Positions 43,016 through 52,512 of a stretch of 64,000 nucleotides of DNA are shown here, piece after piece. The stretch comes from Terriglobia bacterium (lineage in GTDB: Bacteria > Acidobacteriota > Polarisedimenticolia > Polarisedimenticolales > JAIQFR01), in NCBI GenBank assembly GCA_963748015.1, contig CAVVHE010000004.1, positions 1,088,001 to 1,152,000 on the forward strand. Reading direction: 5' to 3'. The position numbers were made by a program, and so were the translations under genes. Position 1 is the first letter of the stretch; the number at the start of each line of letters is the position of its first letter. Below the pieces are notes generated by a model. That model did not search any database. It saw nothing but the letters and a program-made list of their open reading frames with translations, and was not told the origin of the DNA.

Positions 43016-43045
43016 AGTATAGGGGTCGCGCGCGAAGAGGGTCAA
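43016..43045 (-). promoter_or_regulatory. Sigma70 promoter of nfeD, probably leaderless
   Basis: TTGACC-18 bp-TATACT, then 7 nt to ATG 43008; no SD. Confidence 0.65.
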
Positions 43046-43087
43046 GCTCGCGCCACGGTCTGCCGCCTCCGGCCGGCGGAAACCGGC

Positions 43088-44377
43088 TCATGCCCGCCCG
43101 CCGTCCTCCCTCGCGTCGCGCTCGACGAGCAGCCGGCCGCCGTGCGCCAGCACCCACCCGCGAGCCCCCCCGCCGAGGCTCCCGCGCGCCGCGCGGAACG
43201 CCTCCTCGAGATCCCCCGCGGGCTCCGCCCCGAGCAGGCGCACCGTTTCCGCCGGCAGGCCGGAGACCAGGATCAGGCGGCAGGCTCTCGCCTTTCGGAA
43301 CCAGGAGAGAGCGGTCTGCCCGTACACGCGGAAATCGCGCCGGAGGGAGCGTACCATCGCCTCCTCGCCCTCCTCGTGGAACGCGGGAAGGAAATCGGGG
43401 TGCCCCGCTCCCTCGCGGCAGCGAGCGACGAGGACGAACACGCCGCCCGGCTCGAGCGCACCGATCGCCGCCTCGAACGCCTTGTGCGCCTGAATGAGGT
43501 TGATGTCCCCCGGCTCGCCCCCCGCCGACGCCACCACGAGGGGCCGCGGCCGGACCCTCACGCTGCGGGCCGCGCGCACGTGACGGCAGGCGGCTTCGTG
43601 GGCCTTCCGCCAGTGGCCGACCCACAGACGCTCGATGGCGCCGCTCTCCGTCATCACCGAGTTGACCAGGAGATGGGGCGCGACGAGCGCCGCCCCCTCG
43701 ACCATGTCCCGGTGCACCGGATTGCCGTCGAGCCGCCCCGCGCGCGCCAGCGGGTGGCGCGTGCCGTCCGCGCGAAGCGCTCGAAGGTGATTCGCGGTCA
43801 CCGTGGCCCGGGAGGCGAGGCCGGGAACCAGCGCCTTCCTCCCTCCGGAGAAGCCGGCGTAGTAGTGGAAGCCCACGGCGCCGGTGAGCACGATCCGGTC
43901 GTGATCGCGGAGGCAGGAGTGGACCGCGACCGGGGTCCCGGCCCGCGTCCGCCCGAGCTCGCGGAGCCGGCCGCGGTCGTCGGGGTCGTGCAGCAGGACC
44001 TCGTGGCGCGCCGCCAGGCGGGGCCCCAGGATCGCCTCCACGTCGTCGGAACCGGGCCGGCGGTGGATGCCGCTCGCTACGGCGAAACCGACGTCGGCCC
44101 GCGAGGCCGCCTCGATCTCCTCGACCAGGTGCGGAAGGAAATCGCGAGCGCCGGTCGACCGCGTCGCGTCGGAGACCACCACCAGCACGCGGCGCGCGCC
44201 GCGGAAGATCTCGGCGAGCGGCCGGGAGGCGAGCGGCCGGGCCAGCGCCTCCCGGATCTTCTCCTCTCCGAGGGGGGCCGAGGGAGCGCGCGGCGCCGTT
44301 ACCGGATCGAGGCGGAACGGCGCTCCGGGAAGGTCCAGTTCCTCCGTGCCGAAAGGCAGGCGCGAGGGAAGCGTCAC
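43088..44377 (-). CDS. Nickel-dependent lactate racemase (LarA) family protein
   Basis: VSDATR, GIHR, HYYAGFSGGRK, NPVH, QAHK; GTGA overlap with coaD stop. Confidence 0.85.
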   Translation of the reverse strand: MTLPSRLPFGTEELDLPGAPFRLDPVTAPRAPSAPLGEEKIREALARPLASRPLAEIFRGARRVLVVVSDATRSTGARDFLPHLVEEIEAASRADVGFAVASGIHRRPGSDDVEAILGPRLAARHEVLLHDPDDRGRLRELGRTRAGTPVAVHSCLRDHDRIVLTGAVGFHYYAGFSGGRKALVPGLASRATVTANHLRALRADGTRHPLARAGRLDGNPVHRDMVEGAALVAPHLLVNSVMTESGAIERLWVGHWRKAHEAACRHVRAARSVRVRPRPLVVASAGGEPGDINLIQAHKAFEAAIGALEPGGVFVLVARCREGAGHPDFLPAFHEEGEEAMVRSLRRDFRVYGQTALSWFRKARACRLILVSGLPAETVRLLGAEPAGDLEEAFRAARGSLGGGARGWVLAHGGRLLVERDAREDGGRA

Positions 44378-44862
44378 TGCGGCCCAGGGTGGCGCTGCGC
44401 GAGCGCCAGGGCCACGCTCGCGGGCACGAGCCCGTCGAGCTTTCCGCCCAGCCGCGCCACCTCCCGGACCAGCCGCGAGGAGAGGTAGGAGTAGGCCTCG
44501 CTGGGCATGAGGAATACCGTCTCGACCTCGGGCGCCAACCGCCGGTTCATCATCGCCATCTGCATCTCGTACTCGAAGTCGGAAACCGCGCGGAGACCGC
44601 GGAGGATCACCGAGGCCCCGACCCTTCGGGCGTAATCCACCAGCAAGCCGTCGAAGGTGTCCACCTCGACGTCGGGCCACTGCGACGTGGCGTCGCGAAG
44701 GAAGGCGATGCGCTCCTCGAGCGAGAACATCGGCTGCTTCTCCTCGTTGCTCAGGATGGCCATGACGAGACGGTCGAACCGCCTCCGGCCCCGGTCGACG
44801 AGATCGAGGTGGCCGTACGTGACCGGATCGAACGTGCCGGGGTAGACCGCGATTCTCTTCAC
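44374..44862 (-). CDS. coaD: Phosphopantetheine adenylyltransferase
   Basis: YPGTFDPVTYGHLD, RGLRAVSDFEYE, SSRLVREVA. Confidence 0.97.
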   Translation of the reverse strand: MKRIAVYPGTFDPVTYGHLDLVDRGRRRFDRLVMAILSNEEKQPMFSLEERIAFLRDATSQWPDVEVDTFDGLLVDYARRVGASVILRGLRAVSDFEYEMQMAMMNRRLAPEVETVFLMPSEAYSYLSSRLVREVARLGGKLDGLVPASVALALAQRHPGPQ

Positions 44863-46589
44863 GCCTTCCTCCTCGGAGCTCGCCCCCGCCCGCCGGCGGC
44901 CGCTTCCAGGAGGGCGGCGGCATTGCGGCGCGAGGCGGCGGTGACCTCCCGTCCCCCGAGCATCCTCGCCAGCTCGTCGATCCGCTCGCCGCTGCCCAGC
45001 CGGGCCGCCTCCGCGTGGGTGCGTCCCGCGGCAACGCGCTTCAGGACATGGTAATGACGATCGGCGTGCGCGGCTACCTGGGGCAGGTGCGTCACGCAAA
45101 GCACCTGGTTCCGCTCGCCGAGCCGAGCGAGCCGCGCCCCGACCGCGTCGGCGACCGCTCCCGCCACGCCGGCGTCCACCTCGTCGAACACCAGTACGCG
45201 CCCCTCCGCCGCCCCCTCGAGCACGAGGTGGAGCGCGAGCATCACTCTCGACAGCTCGCCGCCCGACGCGACCTTCGCCAGGGGGCGCTCGTCCTCTCCG
45301 GGATTCGCCGCGAGGAGGAACTCCGCCCGCTCGGCGCCGCGCCGGCTCAGAGCGACGCCCCTTCCGTCTCCCCCGCCGACCGCCGGACCGCGCGCCTCCG
45401 AGAAGCGCACCGACAGGGTGGCGCGTCCCAGCACGAGATGTCGCAGCTGCGCCTCGACCGCGGAGCGGAGCCGCTCCGCCGCGGACGCGCGAGCGCGGCC
45501 GAGCCGGCCGGCGGCGTCGACGTAGCGCCTCTCCTCCTCCGCCGCCGTCTCCGCCGCCGTCCGGATCTCGCCGTCGAGGTTCCTCAAGGTCGCGAGCTCT
45601 CGAGCGCATCGCTCCCGATGGGAGAGGATCGCGTCCTCGTCGGCTCCGTATCTCAGCCTCAGCCGCTCCAGGAGCGCGCGGCGGGCCTCGACCGCCTCGA
45701 GGCGGGCGGGGTCGAAATCGGCCCGCTCCCGATAGTCCCGCAGCGATGCGCCCGCGTCCTGCAGCTCGAGCCTCGCCGACTCGATGCGCGACGCGGTCTC
45801 GTCGAGGGTAGGATCCACCGACGCCGCCTCCGACGCCCGGCGCGCCGCCGCCGAGGCCAGCGAGGCTGCGGAAGGCTCTCCCTCGTAGAGCAGCTCCACG
45901 AGCTCGTCGAGGAGCCGGGCCATCGTGCCGGCGTGCTGCAGGACGCGCCGCTCCCGGTCGAGCCGCTCCGACTCCCCCGGCTCCGGCGCGGCCTCGTCGA
46001 TCTCCCTCACCTGGCGATCGAGCTCGCCGGCGCGCGACCGGGATTCGGCCGACATCGCCTCGAGGGAGGCAAGCCGCTCGCGGGACGCGAGGACGGCGCC
46101 GTGCGCCTCCTCGACACCGCGAGCCTCCGCGTCGTGGCCGCCGAACTCGTCCAGGAGAGAGAGGTGGCGGTCGGGCTCGAGAAGGTCCTGGTGCTCGTGC
46201 TGGCCGTGCAGCTCCACGAGCCGGTCGCCGATCTCGCGGAGCGCTCCGAGCGTCGCCGGAGAGCCGTTCAGGAAGACCCTGCCGCCCGAGGCGGCGACCT
46301 CCCGGCGCACGACCAGCTCGTCTCCCGCGTCGTCGAGGCCGCGATCGACGAGGAGCGAGCGGACGCGGGACGACGGCTCGAGGGCGAAGACCGCCTCCAC
46401 GACGGCCCGCTCCGCCCCGGTGCGCACCCGCGTGGTGTCGCCGCGGTCCCCGGCGGCGAGTCCGAGGGCGTCCACGATGATCGACTTCCCCGCCCCGGTC
46501 TCTCCCGTGAGGACGTTGAAGCCGGGGCCGAACTCGACCGTGAGGTCCTCGATGATGGCGACGTTTCGTATGCGGAGGGTCTTGAGCAT
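44859..46589 (-). CDS. recN: DNA repair protein RecN
   Basis: LTGETGAGKS, HGQHEH, ASGGELSR, FDEVDAG, THLPQVAA. Confidence 0.96.
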   Translation of the reverse strand: MLKTLRIRNVAIIEDLTVEFGPGFNVLTGETGAGKSIIVDALGLAAGDRGDTTRVRTGAERAVVEAVFALEPSSRVRSLLVDRGLDDAGDELVVRREVAASGGRVFLNGSPATLGALREIGDRLVELHGQHEHQDLLEPDRHLSLLDEFGGHDAEARGVEEAHGAVLASRERLASLEAMSAESRSRAGELDRQVREIDEAAPEPGESERLDRERRVLQHAGTMARLLDELVELLYEGEPSAASLASAAARRASEAASVDPTLDETASRIESARLELQDAGASLRDYRERADFDPARLEAVEARRALLERLRLRYGADEDAILSHRERCARELATLRNLDGEIRTAAETAAEEERRYVDAAGRLGRARASAAERLRSAVEAQLRHLVLGRATLSVRFSEARGPAVGGGDGRGVALSRRGAERAEFLLAANPGEDERPLAKVASGGELSRVMLALHLVLEGAAEGRVLVFDEVDAGVAGAVADAVGARLARLGERNQVLCVTHLPQVAAHADRHYHVLKRVAAGRTHAEAARLGSGERIDELARMLGGREVTAASRRNAAALLEAAAGGRGRAPRRKA

Positions 46590-46785
46590 CTCGGCTCGGA
46601 GAACCCGCGCACCGGAGGCGACTCGGCGCGGAGGCGAGATGCTAACACAGCGGGGAGAAACCCGTCGAGGGGTTCGCGGGGGGCGACTCCGCCCCGTTCC
46701 GCGTCTTGCCGCCCCCACCCCCGTCGGATAGCATTGCGGCCGGCGAGCGGCGCGCGAGCTTCGGGCCCGATCGCCGCGCGGGAGG

Positions 46786-47478
46786 ATGCTCATGCTGATG
46801 GTTCCCGCCGCGACGGCCGGCGAGGTGGAGATCTGGGCGCTGGTCCGCGACTCCGGCGCCATGGGGAGGTTCGTCCTCCTGGTGCTGGCGGTCTTCTCCG
46901 TCGTTTCCTGGGGGATCATCGCCGAGCGGTTCCGGACCTTCCGGCGGGCGGAGAAGGACACCGAGACGTTCCTCGAGCAGTTCAGGAAGGGAGGCGGGCT
47001 CGCGGCGATCCGCGATGCGACGACGACGCTGCGCGAGAGCCCCCTCGCCGAGGTCTTCCGCGCCGGCTTCAGGGAGATCAGCCTCAATCCTCCACCCGGG
47101 GGCGCGCCGGTCGGCGACGAGCTCGAGGCGCTCGACCGCATCCTGCGCAAGAGCGCGCTGGTGCAGACCGCCCGTCTCGAGCGCAGCCTCGGCTTTCTCG
47201 CCACCACCGCCAGCGCGACCCCGTTCGTCGGCCTCTTCGGGACCGTCTGGGGGATCATGAAGGCCTTCCACGGGATCGGCACGGCGGGCGCCGCTTCCCT
47301 CGTGGCCTACGCTCCGGGCATCACCGAGGCCCTGGTCACGACCGCCGCCGGCCTCGCCGCGGCGATTCCCGCGGTGATCGCCTACAACCACTTCCTGGGG
47401 CGGCTGCGGAGCATGGACGCGAAAACCGACGAGTTCATCGCGGACTTCATCCATCGCGTGCAGGGCCGGAGGGCCTGA
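46786..47478 (+). CDS. tolQ: TolQ (MotA/TolQ/ExbB family)
   Basis: TPFVGLFGTVWGIM, APGITEALVTTAAGL; first gene of tol-pal cluster. Confidence 0.92.
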   Translation: MLMLMVPAATAGEVEIWALVRDSGAMGRFVLLVLAVFSVVSWGIIAERFRTFRRAEKDTETFLEQFRKGGGLAAIRDATTTLRESPLAEVFRAGFREISLNPPPGGAPVGDELEALDRILRKSALVQTARLERSLGFLATTASATPFVGLFGTVWGIMKAFHGIGTAGAASLVAYAPGITEALVTTAAGLAAAIPAVIAYNHFLGRLRSMDAKTDEFIADFIHRVQGRRA

Positions 47479-47922
47479 TTGGGAGCCTCGGTGTCGAGCG
47501 GCGGCGGCAGGGGGGGAGGCCGGAGGACCCTCGCCGAGATCAACGTCACCCCCCTCGTGGACGTGATGCTCGTGCTGCTGATCATCTCGATGGTGGCCTC
47601 GCCGATGCTCGAGCGGGGGATCAAGCTCGACCTGCCGGCGACGGAGACCGCGGTGGAGATGGACGAGGCCCGCGTCGTCGTGTCGCTCGACCGCGACGGC
47701 AGGATCCGCATCAACGACCGCCCGGTCCACCCCGACCTGCTCGGCCAGCAGATGAAGGCGCTCGCGACGACGCGCCCGCAGGAGACCGTATTCCTGCGCG
47801 CGGACAAGCTCCTCCCGTACGGCGAGGTCCTGCTCGTCATGGACCGTATCCGAAAGGCCGGGGTCACGCGCGTGGCGCTGGTCACCGTTCCGATCGAGAG
47901 CCCCGGGGAGAGGCGGCCTTGA
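47479..47922 (+). CDS. tolR: TolR (ExbD/TolR family)
   Basis: EINVTPLVDVMLVLLII, LRADK. Confidence 0.92.
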   Translation: MGASVSSGGGRGGGRRTLAEINVTPLVDVMLVLLIISMVASPMLERGIKLDLPATETAVEMDEARVVVSLDRDGRIRINDRPVHPDLLGQQMKALATTRPQETVFLRADKLLPYGEVLLVMDRIRKAGVTRVALVTVPIESPGERRP

Positions 47923-48698
47923 CGCGGCGCCGGATCTCGCTCGTGATTCGCTTCGGGGGGCGAGGCAGCGCGTTCTCCCCTTTCATGGTCGGCTCGCTGA
48001 TGGTGCACCTCTTCGCGACCGCGGCCCTCGCGATCCTCCCCGCGCTCCACCCCCGGCCCGCGCCGATCGGCGACGCCTGGGTGGTCGGACTCGCCTCGGC
48101 GCTCCCGGCGGCCGCGGCGCCGGCGGGAGGAGGGGCCTCCGTGCAGCCCTCCTCGCCGGCGCCGGCTCCCGAGCCGGCGCCCGGCGTGCGCCTCGACGCG
48201 CCCAAGCCGAAGGAGAAGGCAAAGGAGACGAAGAAGAAGAAGGACCCGCCCGACGCGAAGCCTGTCGGACCTCTCCCTCCCGCGGGCCCGGCGCAGCGGA
48301 CGGGTCCCGTCCTGCCGGGCGGGGCCGTGGGGACACAGGGTGCGGCCGGTCCGGGAATCGGCGCGGCCGGCGGCACCGGTGTCTTCTCGATGGATCTCGC
48401 CGATGCGCAGCTCGCCTGGTATCGCGCGACCGTCGTCGCCTCCCTCCAGAGCCGCTGGATCCGTCCGGTCCTCGACGGGGTGAGCTCCACCCTCTCGGTG
48501 ACGGTCACGTTCGACGTGGACCGCGACGGGAGCATTCGCAACGTCCGGGTGGAGACCTCGAGCGGGGTCCCCTCGCTCGACCGTTCCGCGCTGCGGGCGG
48601 TCGAGGAAGCCTCGCCGCTCCCCCCGGTGCCTCCCGGCGGAGGACAGCCACCGTTCGCCGCACGCTTCGAATTCCGCTGGAGCCCCGGGAACCCCTGA
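47919..48698 (+). CDS. tolA: TolA/TonB-family protein
   Basis: TM with SxxxH, Pro/Lys-rich linker, C-terminal SSG...LDRSALRAV; start approximate. Confidence 0.82.
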   Translation: MTRRRISLVIRFGGRGSAFSPFMVGSLMVHLFATAALAILPALHPRPAPIGDAWVVGLASALPAAAAPAGGGASVQPSSPAPAPEPAPGVRLDAPKPKEKAKETKKKKDPPDAKPVGPLPPAGPAQRTGPVLPGGAVGTQGAAGPGIGAAGGTGVFSMDLADAQLAWYRATVVASLQSRWIRPVLDGVSSTLSVTVTFDVDRDGSIRNVRVETSSGVPSLDRSALRAVEEASPLPPVPPGGGQPPFAARFEFRWSPGNP

Positions 48699-48722
48699 GC
48701 TCCCGGCGCCCGAGGATCCGAG

Positions 48723-50051
48723 ATGCCTGAATCGACCCCGCGTTTCGACTCGCCCCGGCACCTGCGAACCGGCCTGGCCGCGCTGGCCGCCGTTCTCCTG
48801 GCCGTCTCGGCCCGGGGACAGCAGCCGCAGCAGCCACGGATCACGGGAGTGGTCACCGGCGAGGGGTTCACCCCGATCCGCATCGCTCTACCCGCCGCCG
48901 AGGCGGCGCCTTCCGCCGCGGGACCGGCCCAGGAGATCGTGGACACCCTGCGCGACGACCTCCGCTTCGCCGGCTTCTTCGACGTCGTGGACCCCTCGCT
49001 GTACCGGCTCGTCCCGGCGCCCAAGGCGGACGCGGCGATCCCCTACGACGACTGGCGCTCGATCGGCGCGGACACGCTCCTGGCGAGCAGGATCTCCCTC
49101 TCCGGCGGCCGCGTCGACCTCGAAGCCCGGCTTTACGACAACGCCGGCAAGGCGCTGGTGTTCGCCCGCCGTTACGGCGGCGGCACGGACCTTGCGCGCC
49201 GCATCGCGCACCAGATCGCCGACGATCTCGTCCGCCACTTCACGGGGCGGCCGGGCGTCGCGCTGTCGCGCATCGCCTTCTGCTCGAAGCACGGCGACGG
49301 CAAGGAAATTTACTTGATGGACTATGACGGGCGGAGGCTGAGAAGGCTCACGACCTCCTCGACCCTCAACCTGTCTCCCGCGTGGTCCCCCGACGGAGAG
49401 CGCATGGCGTTCGTGTCGTGGAGGAGCGGCCGCCCCGCGATCTACGCGATGGACAGCGACGGCAAGACGACGCGGGTCGCGACCGCCGGGGGCGACCTGA
49501 ACTCGGCCCCGGCGTGGTCGCCGGACGGCCGCAAGCTCGTGTACAACTCCGACGCCGACGGGAACTCGGAGCTGTACGTCGTGGAGCTCGGCACGGGCCG
49601 CAACACGCGCCTCACCCACACGGCCGGCATCGAGACGTCGCCGTCGTTTTCCCCCAACGGGCGCGAGATCGCCTTCACCTCGGACCGCTCCGGCGGCCCG
49701 CAGATCTACATCATGGACGCGGAAGGGCTGAACACGCGCCGCGTGTCGCTCGAGGGCGATTTCAACGACTCCGCCTCCTGGTCGCCGCAGGGAGACCGGC
49801 TCGCGTTCGTCTCCCGCCGCGAGGGACGCTTCGACGTCGTCGTGCTGAATCTGGTGACCGGCGCCCTGACCCGGCTGACGCGCGGCGAGGGGAGCAACGA
49901 GGACCCCCGGTGGGCGCCCGACGGCCGCCATCTCGTGTTCGCTTCGAACCGCTCGGGATCGTGGCAGATCTACACCATGGCCGCGGACGGGAGCGACGTG
50001 CGCCAGCTGACCCGCGGCATCGATTCCTACACCCCGGATTGGTCCCGTTGA
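48723..50051 (+). CDS. tolB: Tol-Pal beta-propeller protein
   Basis: Signal peptide, repeated PAWSPDG (PD40) motifs. Confidence 0.93.
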   Translation: MPESTPRFDSPRHLRTGLAALAAVLLAVSARGQQPQQPRITGVVTGEGFTPIRIALPAAEAAPSAAGPAQEIVDTLRDDLRFAGFFDVVDPSLYRLVPAPKADAAIPYDDWRSIGADTLLASRISLSGGRVDLEARLYDNAGKALVFARRYGGGTDLARRIAHQIADDLVRHFTGRPGVALSRIAFCSKHGDGKEIYLMDYDGRRLRRLTTSSTLNLSPAWSPDGERMAFVSWRSGRPAIYAMDSDGKTTRVATAGGDLNSAPAWSPDGRKLVYNSDADGNSELYVVELGTGRNTRLTHTAGIETSPSFSPNGREIAFTSDRSGGPQIYIMDAEGLNTRRVSLEGDFNDSASWSPQGDRLAFVSRREGRFDVVVLNLVTGALTRLTRGEGSNEDPRWAPDGRHLVFASNRSGSWQIYTMAADGSDVRQLTRGIDSYTPDWSR

Positions 50052-50181
50052 CGGACCGGCGCCCGGGAGCCCGTCCGGATCTTCCCGAAGGCCGCGGCCT
50101 GTGGGCGATTTCTTGCACCTGTCCGAGGTGTTCTGTTAACCTCGAAAGGTCCGTGTTCCTCTCGTGCTAAGGAGAAACGTC

Positions 50182-50757
50182 ATGCGCTCCCGTCTCGCTC
50201 TCGTTCTCGCCCTTCTGGTCCTCGTCCCCCTCCTCTCCGCGGGAAGTTGCAAGAAGACGAAGCCGGTCTCCCCGGCGGACACCGCCGCGACGGAGTCGAA
50301 GTCCGTGCCGGCGCAGCCGCCCGCCACGGAGATGAAGAAGGAGGTCACCGAGAGCTTCCCGACGCAGCCCGTCTCCTCGGCCCCCATCTCGACGGAGCCG
50401 ACGGTGGACGAGCTGAACCGGAAGAAGGTCCTCCAGACCGTCTACTTCGACTACGACAAGTCGGACCTGTCCGACTCGACGCGCGCGGCCCTCCAGTCCA
50501 ATGCGGAGTGGCTCAAGGCCAACCCGGGGCGCACCGTGCTCGTCGAGGGGCACTGCGACGAGCGCGGGACGGTGGAATACAACCTGGCGCTCGGACAGCG
50601 GCGGGCCGCGTCGGTGAAGGACTACCTCGGCGGGCTCGGCATAGACGCGTCGCGCCTCAAGACCGTCTCCTACGGCAAGGAGCGGCCCGTCGATTCCGGT
50701 CACGACGAGACCGCGCACGGCAGGAACCGCCGCGCGGAGTTCGTCATCGAGTCCTGA
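50182..50757 (+). CDS. pal: Peptidoglycan-associated lipoprotein
   Basis: AGSC lipobox, VYFDYD, EGHCDERGT.EYNLALG, SYGKE, NRR; AAGGAG RBS. Confidence 0.96.
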   Translation: MRSRLALVLALLVLVPLLSAGSCKKTKPVSPADTAATESKSVPAQPPATEMKKEVTESFPTQPVSSAPISTEPTVDELNRKKVLQTVYFDYDKSDLSDSTRAALQSNAEWLKANPGRTVLVEGHCDERGTVEYNLALGQRRAASVKDYLGGLGIDASRLKTVSYGKERPVDSGHDETAHGRNRRAEFVIES

Positions 50758-50799
50758 CGCCGCGGGGGTTGCCTCCGCGGGGCTTTCGAGGAGAACGCG

Positions 50800-51645
50800 A
50801 TGCGCGGACCGATTCGAGACGTATTACGCGTCGCTCCTGCGATCGTCGCGGTCCTCGCGTCGGCCGCCTGCGTGATGCCGGACCAGGTCTCCCGGCTCGA
50901 GAAGGACATGGCCGACGTGCGCCAGGACCTGCAGAAGATACAGAAGGAGCAGACCGAGAGCCGGGAGCGTCTCTCCGGCCTCGAGAGCAAGCTCTCCGGC
51001 CAGGATCCCGTGAAGCGGACGGAATTCGCCGACCTCAAGGCGCGGTTCGACGAGGTCGCGCGGCAGCAGACCGCCCTCGACGAGCGGATCAAGGATACCA
51101 ACCGCCGCGTGGATCAGGTCTCGTCGGACGTGCAGGCCAACCGCGAGCTGGCCCGGCGCGCCGCGGCCTCGACGCCCGGAACCACGGCTCCGGCCGGAGA
51201 CCCGGCGGCGGCCGCCGCTCTCGCGGCGGCGGGCGCGGCGGCGGCCGGCGAGGCCCTGCCGGACCCCCAGTCGCTCTACAACACGGCCTATTCCGACTTC
51301 TCGAAGGGGAACTTCGTCCTGGCGATTTCCGGCTTCGAGGAGTACGCGTCCCGCTACGCGGAGAGCGACCTCGCGGACAACGCCCTCTACTGGGTGGGCG
51401 AGTGCCTGTTCAGCCAGGGGAAGTTCGCCGACGCGGTCCAGTCGTTCGACAGGATGCTCGAAAAGTACCCCCAGAGCGACCGGGCCGCCGCCGCCAACCT
51501 CAAGAAAGGACTGGCATTCCTGGAGCAGAACAAGATCTCGCAGGCCCTGGTCCAGCTACGCTACGTCGCGACCACGTACCCCTCGAGCGACGAGGCCCGG
51601 ATCGCGCGGGACAAGCTGGCGAGTCTGGGCGCCCCGGCAAGGTAA
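50800..51645 (+). CDS. cpoB: Tol-Pal protein CpoB/YbgF
   Basis: Lipoprotein-like start, coiled coil, TPR with ADNALYWVGE; follows pal. Confidence 0.9.
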   Translation: MRGPIRDVLRVAPAIVAVLASAACVMPDQVSRLEKDMADVRQDLQKIQKEQTESRERLSGLESKLSGQDPVKRTEFADLKARFDEVARQQTALDERIKDTNRRVDQVSSDVQANRELARRAAASTPGTTAPAGDPAAAAALAAAGAAAAGEALPDPQSLYNTAYSDFSKGNFVLAISGFEEYASRYAESDLADNALYWVGECLFSQGKFADAVQSFDRMLEKYPQSDRAAAANLKKGLAFLEQNKISQALVQLRYVATTYPSSDEARIARDKLASLGAPAR

Positions 51646-51658
51646 GTCCCGGCGTCCC

Positions 51659-51687
51659 TTGACGATCCGGCCGGGGTTCTCTAGAAT
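51659..51687 (+). promoter_or_regulatory. Sigma70 promoter of rpsT
   Basis: TTGACG-17 bp-TAGAAT. Confidence 0.8.
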
Positions 51688-51793
51688 CCGCCTTTGCGTC
51701 GCGTGAAAGCGGGACGGGAGCCCGGTTGGCTCCTGAGGGGGACGTCATCGAGCCCCCGGTTCCGGCGCGGCACGAAGGAGCGATAGACCCCGT

Positions 51794-52057
51794 ATGGCGT
51801 CCCACAAATCCGCCGTCAAGAAGAACCGCCAGGACGAGAAGCGACGCGTCCGGAACCGTCAGCACCTGTCGCGCCTTCGCACGCAGATCAAGAAGTTCCG
51901 CAAGGCCGTGGCCTCGGGCGACGGCAAGGCGGCGAAGGAGCTGCTTCCGGAAACGCTGTCGCTCATCGACCGCACCGCGAAGCTCGGAGTCATCCACGGA
52001 AACGCCGCGTCGAGGACCAAGTCCCGGGCGACCGTGGCGGTCAACAAGCTCGGTTAG
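51794..52057 (+). CDS. rpsT: 30S ribosomal protein S20
   Basis: MASHKSAVKK, RNR, GVIHGNAASRTKSR. Confidence 0.96.
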   Translation: MASHKSAVKKNRQDEKRRVRNRQHLSRLRTQIKKFRKAVASGDGKAAKELLPETLSLIDRTAKLGVIHGNAASRTKSRATVAVNKLG

Positions 52058-52512
52058 GCGTCCCGCGGGCCGTCGCGCCAGGCTCCGGCGGGCTTCCCCG
52101 TCGCGGCCGCAGCGATCCCGAGCATCAGCAGGTTCTCCCCCAGCTTCACGGCGCCGACCCTCGTGTGGTCCGCGGTGCCGAAACACCCGCACTCGAAATC
52201 CAGCCCCCGCGCCATCGCCACCGACACCCCGATCGTGAATCCCGCCATCAGGACGGTGACGATCAGGGCCCCGGGGCGCGCGCGAACGCCGAGCACGAGC
52301 GCGAGTGCTGCGACCAGCTCGATCCACGGCAGCGTCATCGCGATCAGGTTCTCGCTCCACGCCGGCACGAGGCGGAAGTTGTGAACCTGCGTCGCGAAAG
52401 CGGCCAGGTCGCCGATCTTGCTGAGGGACGCGACCCCGAAGACGATCCCGATCGCGATCTGGGCGGCGCGGATGGTCCGGCGATCTCCGAGCAGGCGGCG
52501 AAGGGCGTCCAT
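52054..52512 (-). CDS. MauE/DoxX-family membrane protein
   Basis: Four TM segments, LPWIEL, RGLDFECGCFG; TGATG overlap with the rhodanese stop. Confidence 0.88.
   Translation of the reverse strand: MDALRRLLGDRRTIRAAQIAIGIVFGVASLSKIGDLAAFATQVHNFRLVPAWSENLIAMTLPWIELVAALALVLGVRARPGALIVTVLMAGFTIGVSVAMARGLDFECGCFGTADHTRVGAVKLGENLLMLGIAAAATGKPAGAWRDGPRDA

Noticed and set aside
45015..48698. 1227-aa ORF as a giant TolA fusion
   Set aside because: Only the last ~260 codons are TolA-like; the rest overlaps recN (antisense) and tolQ/tolR (other frame)
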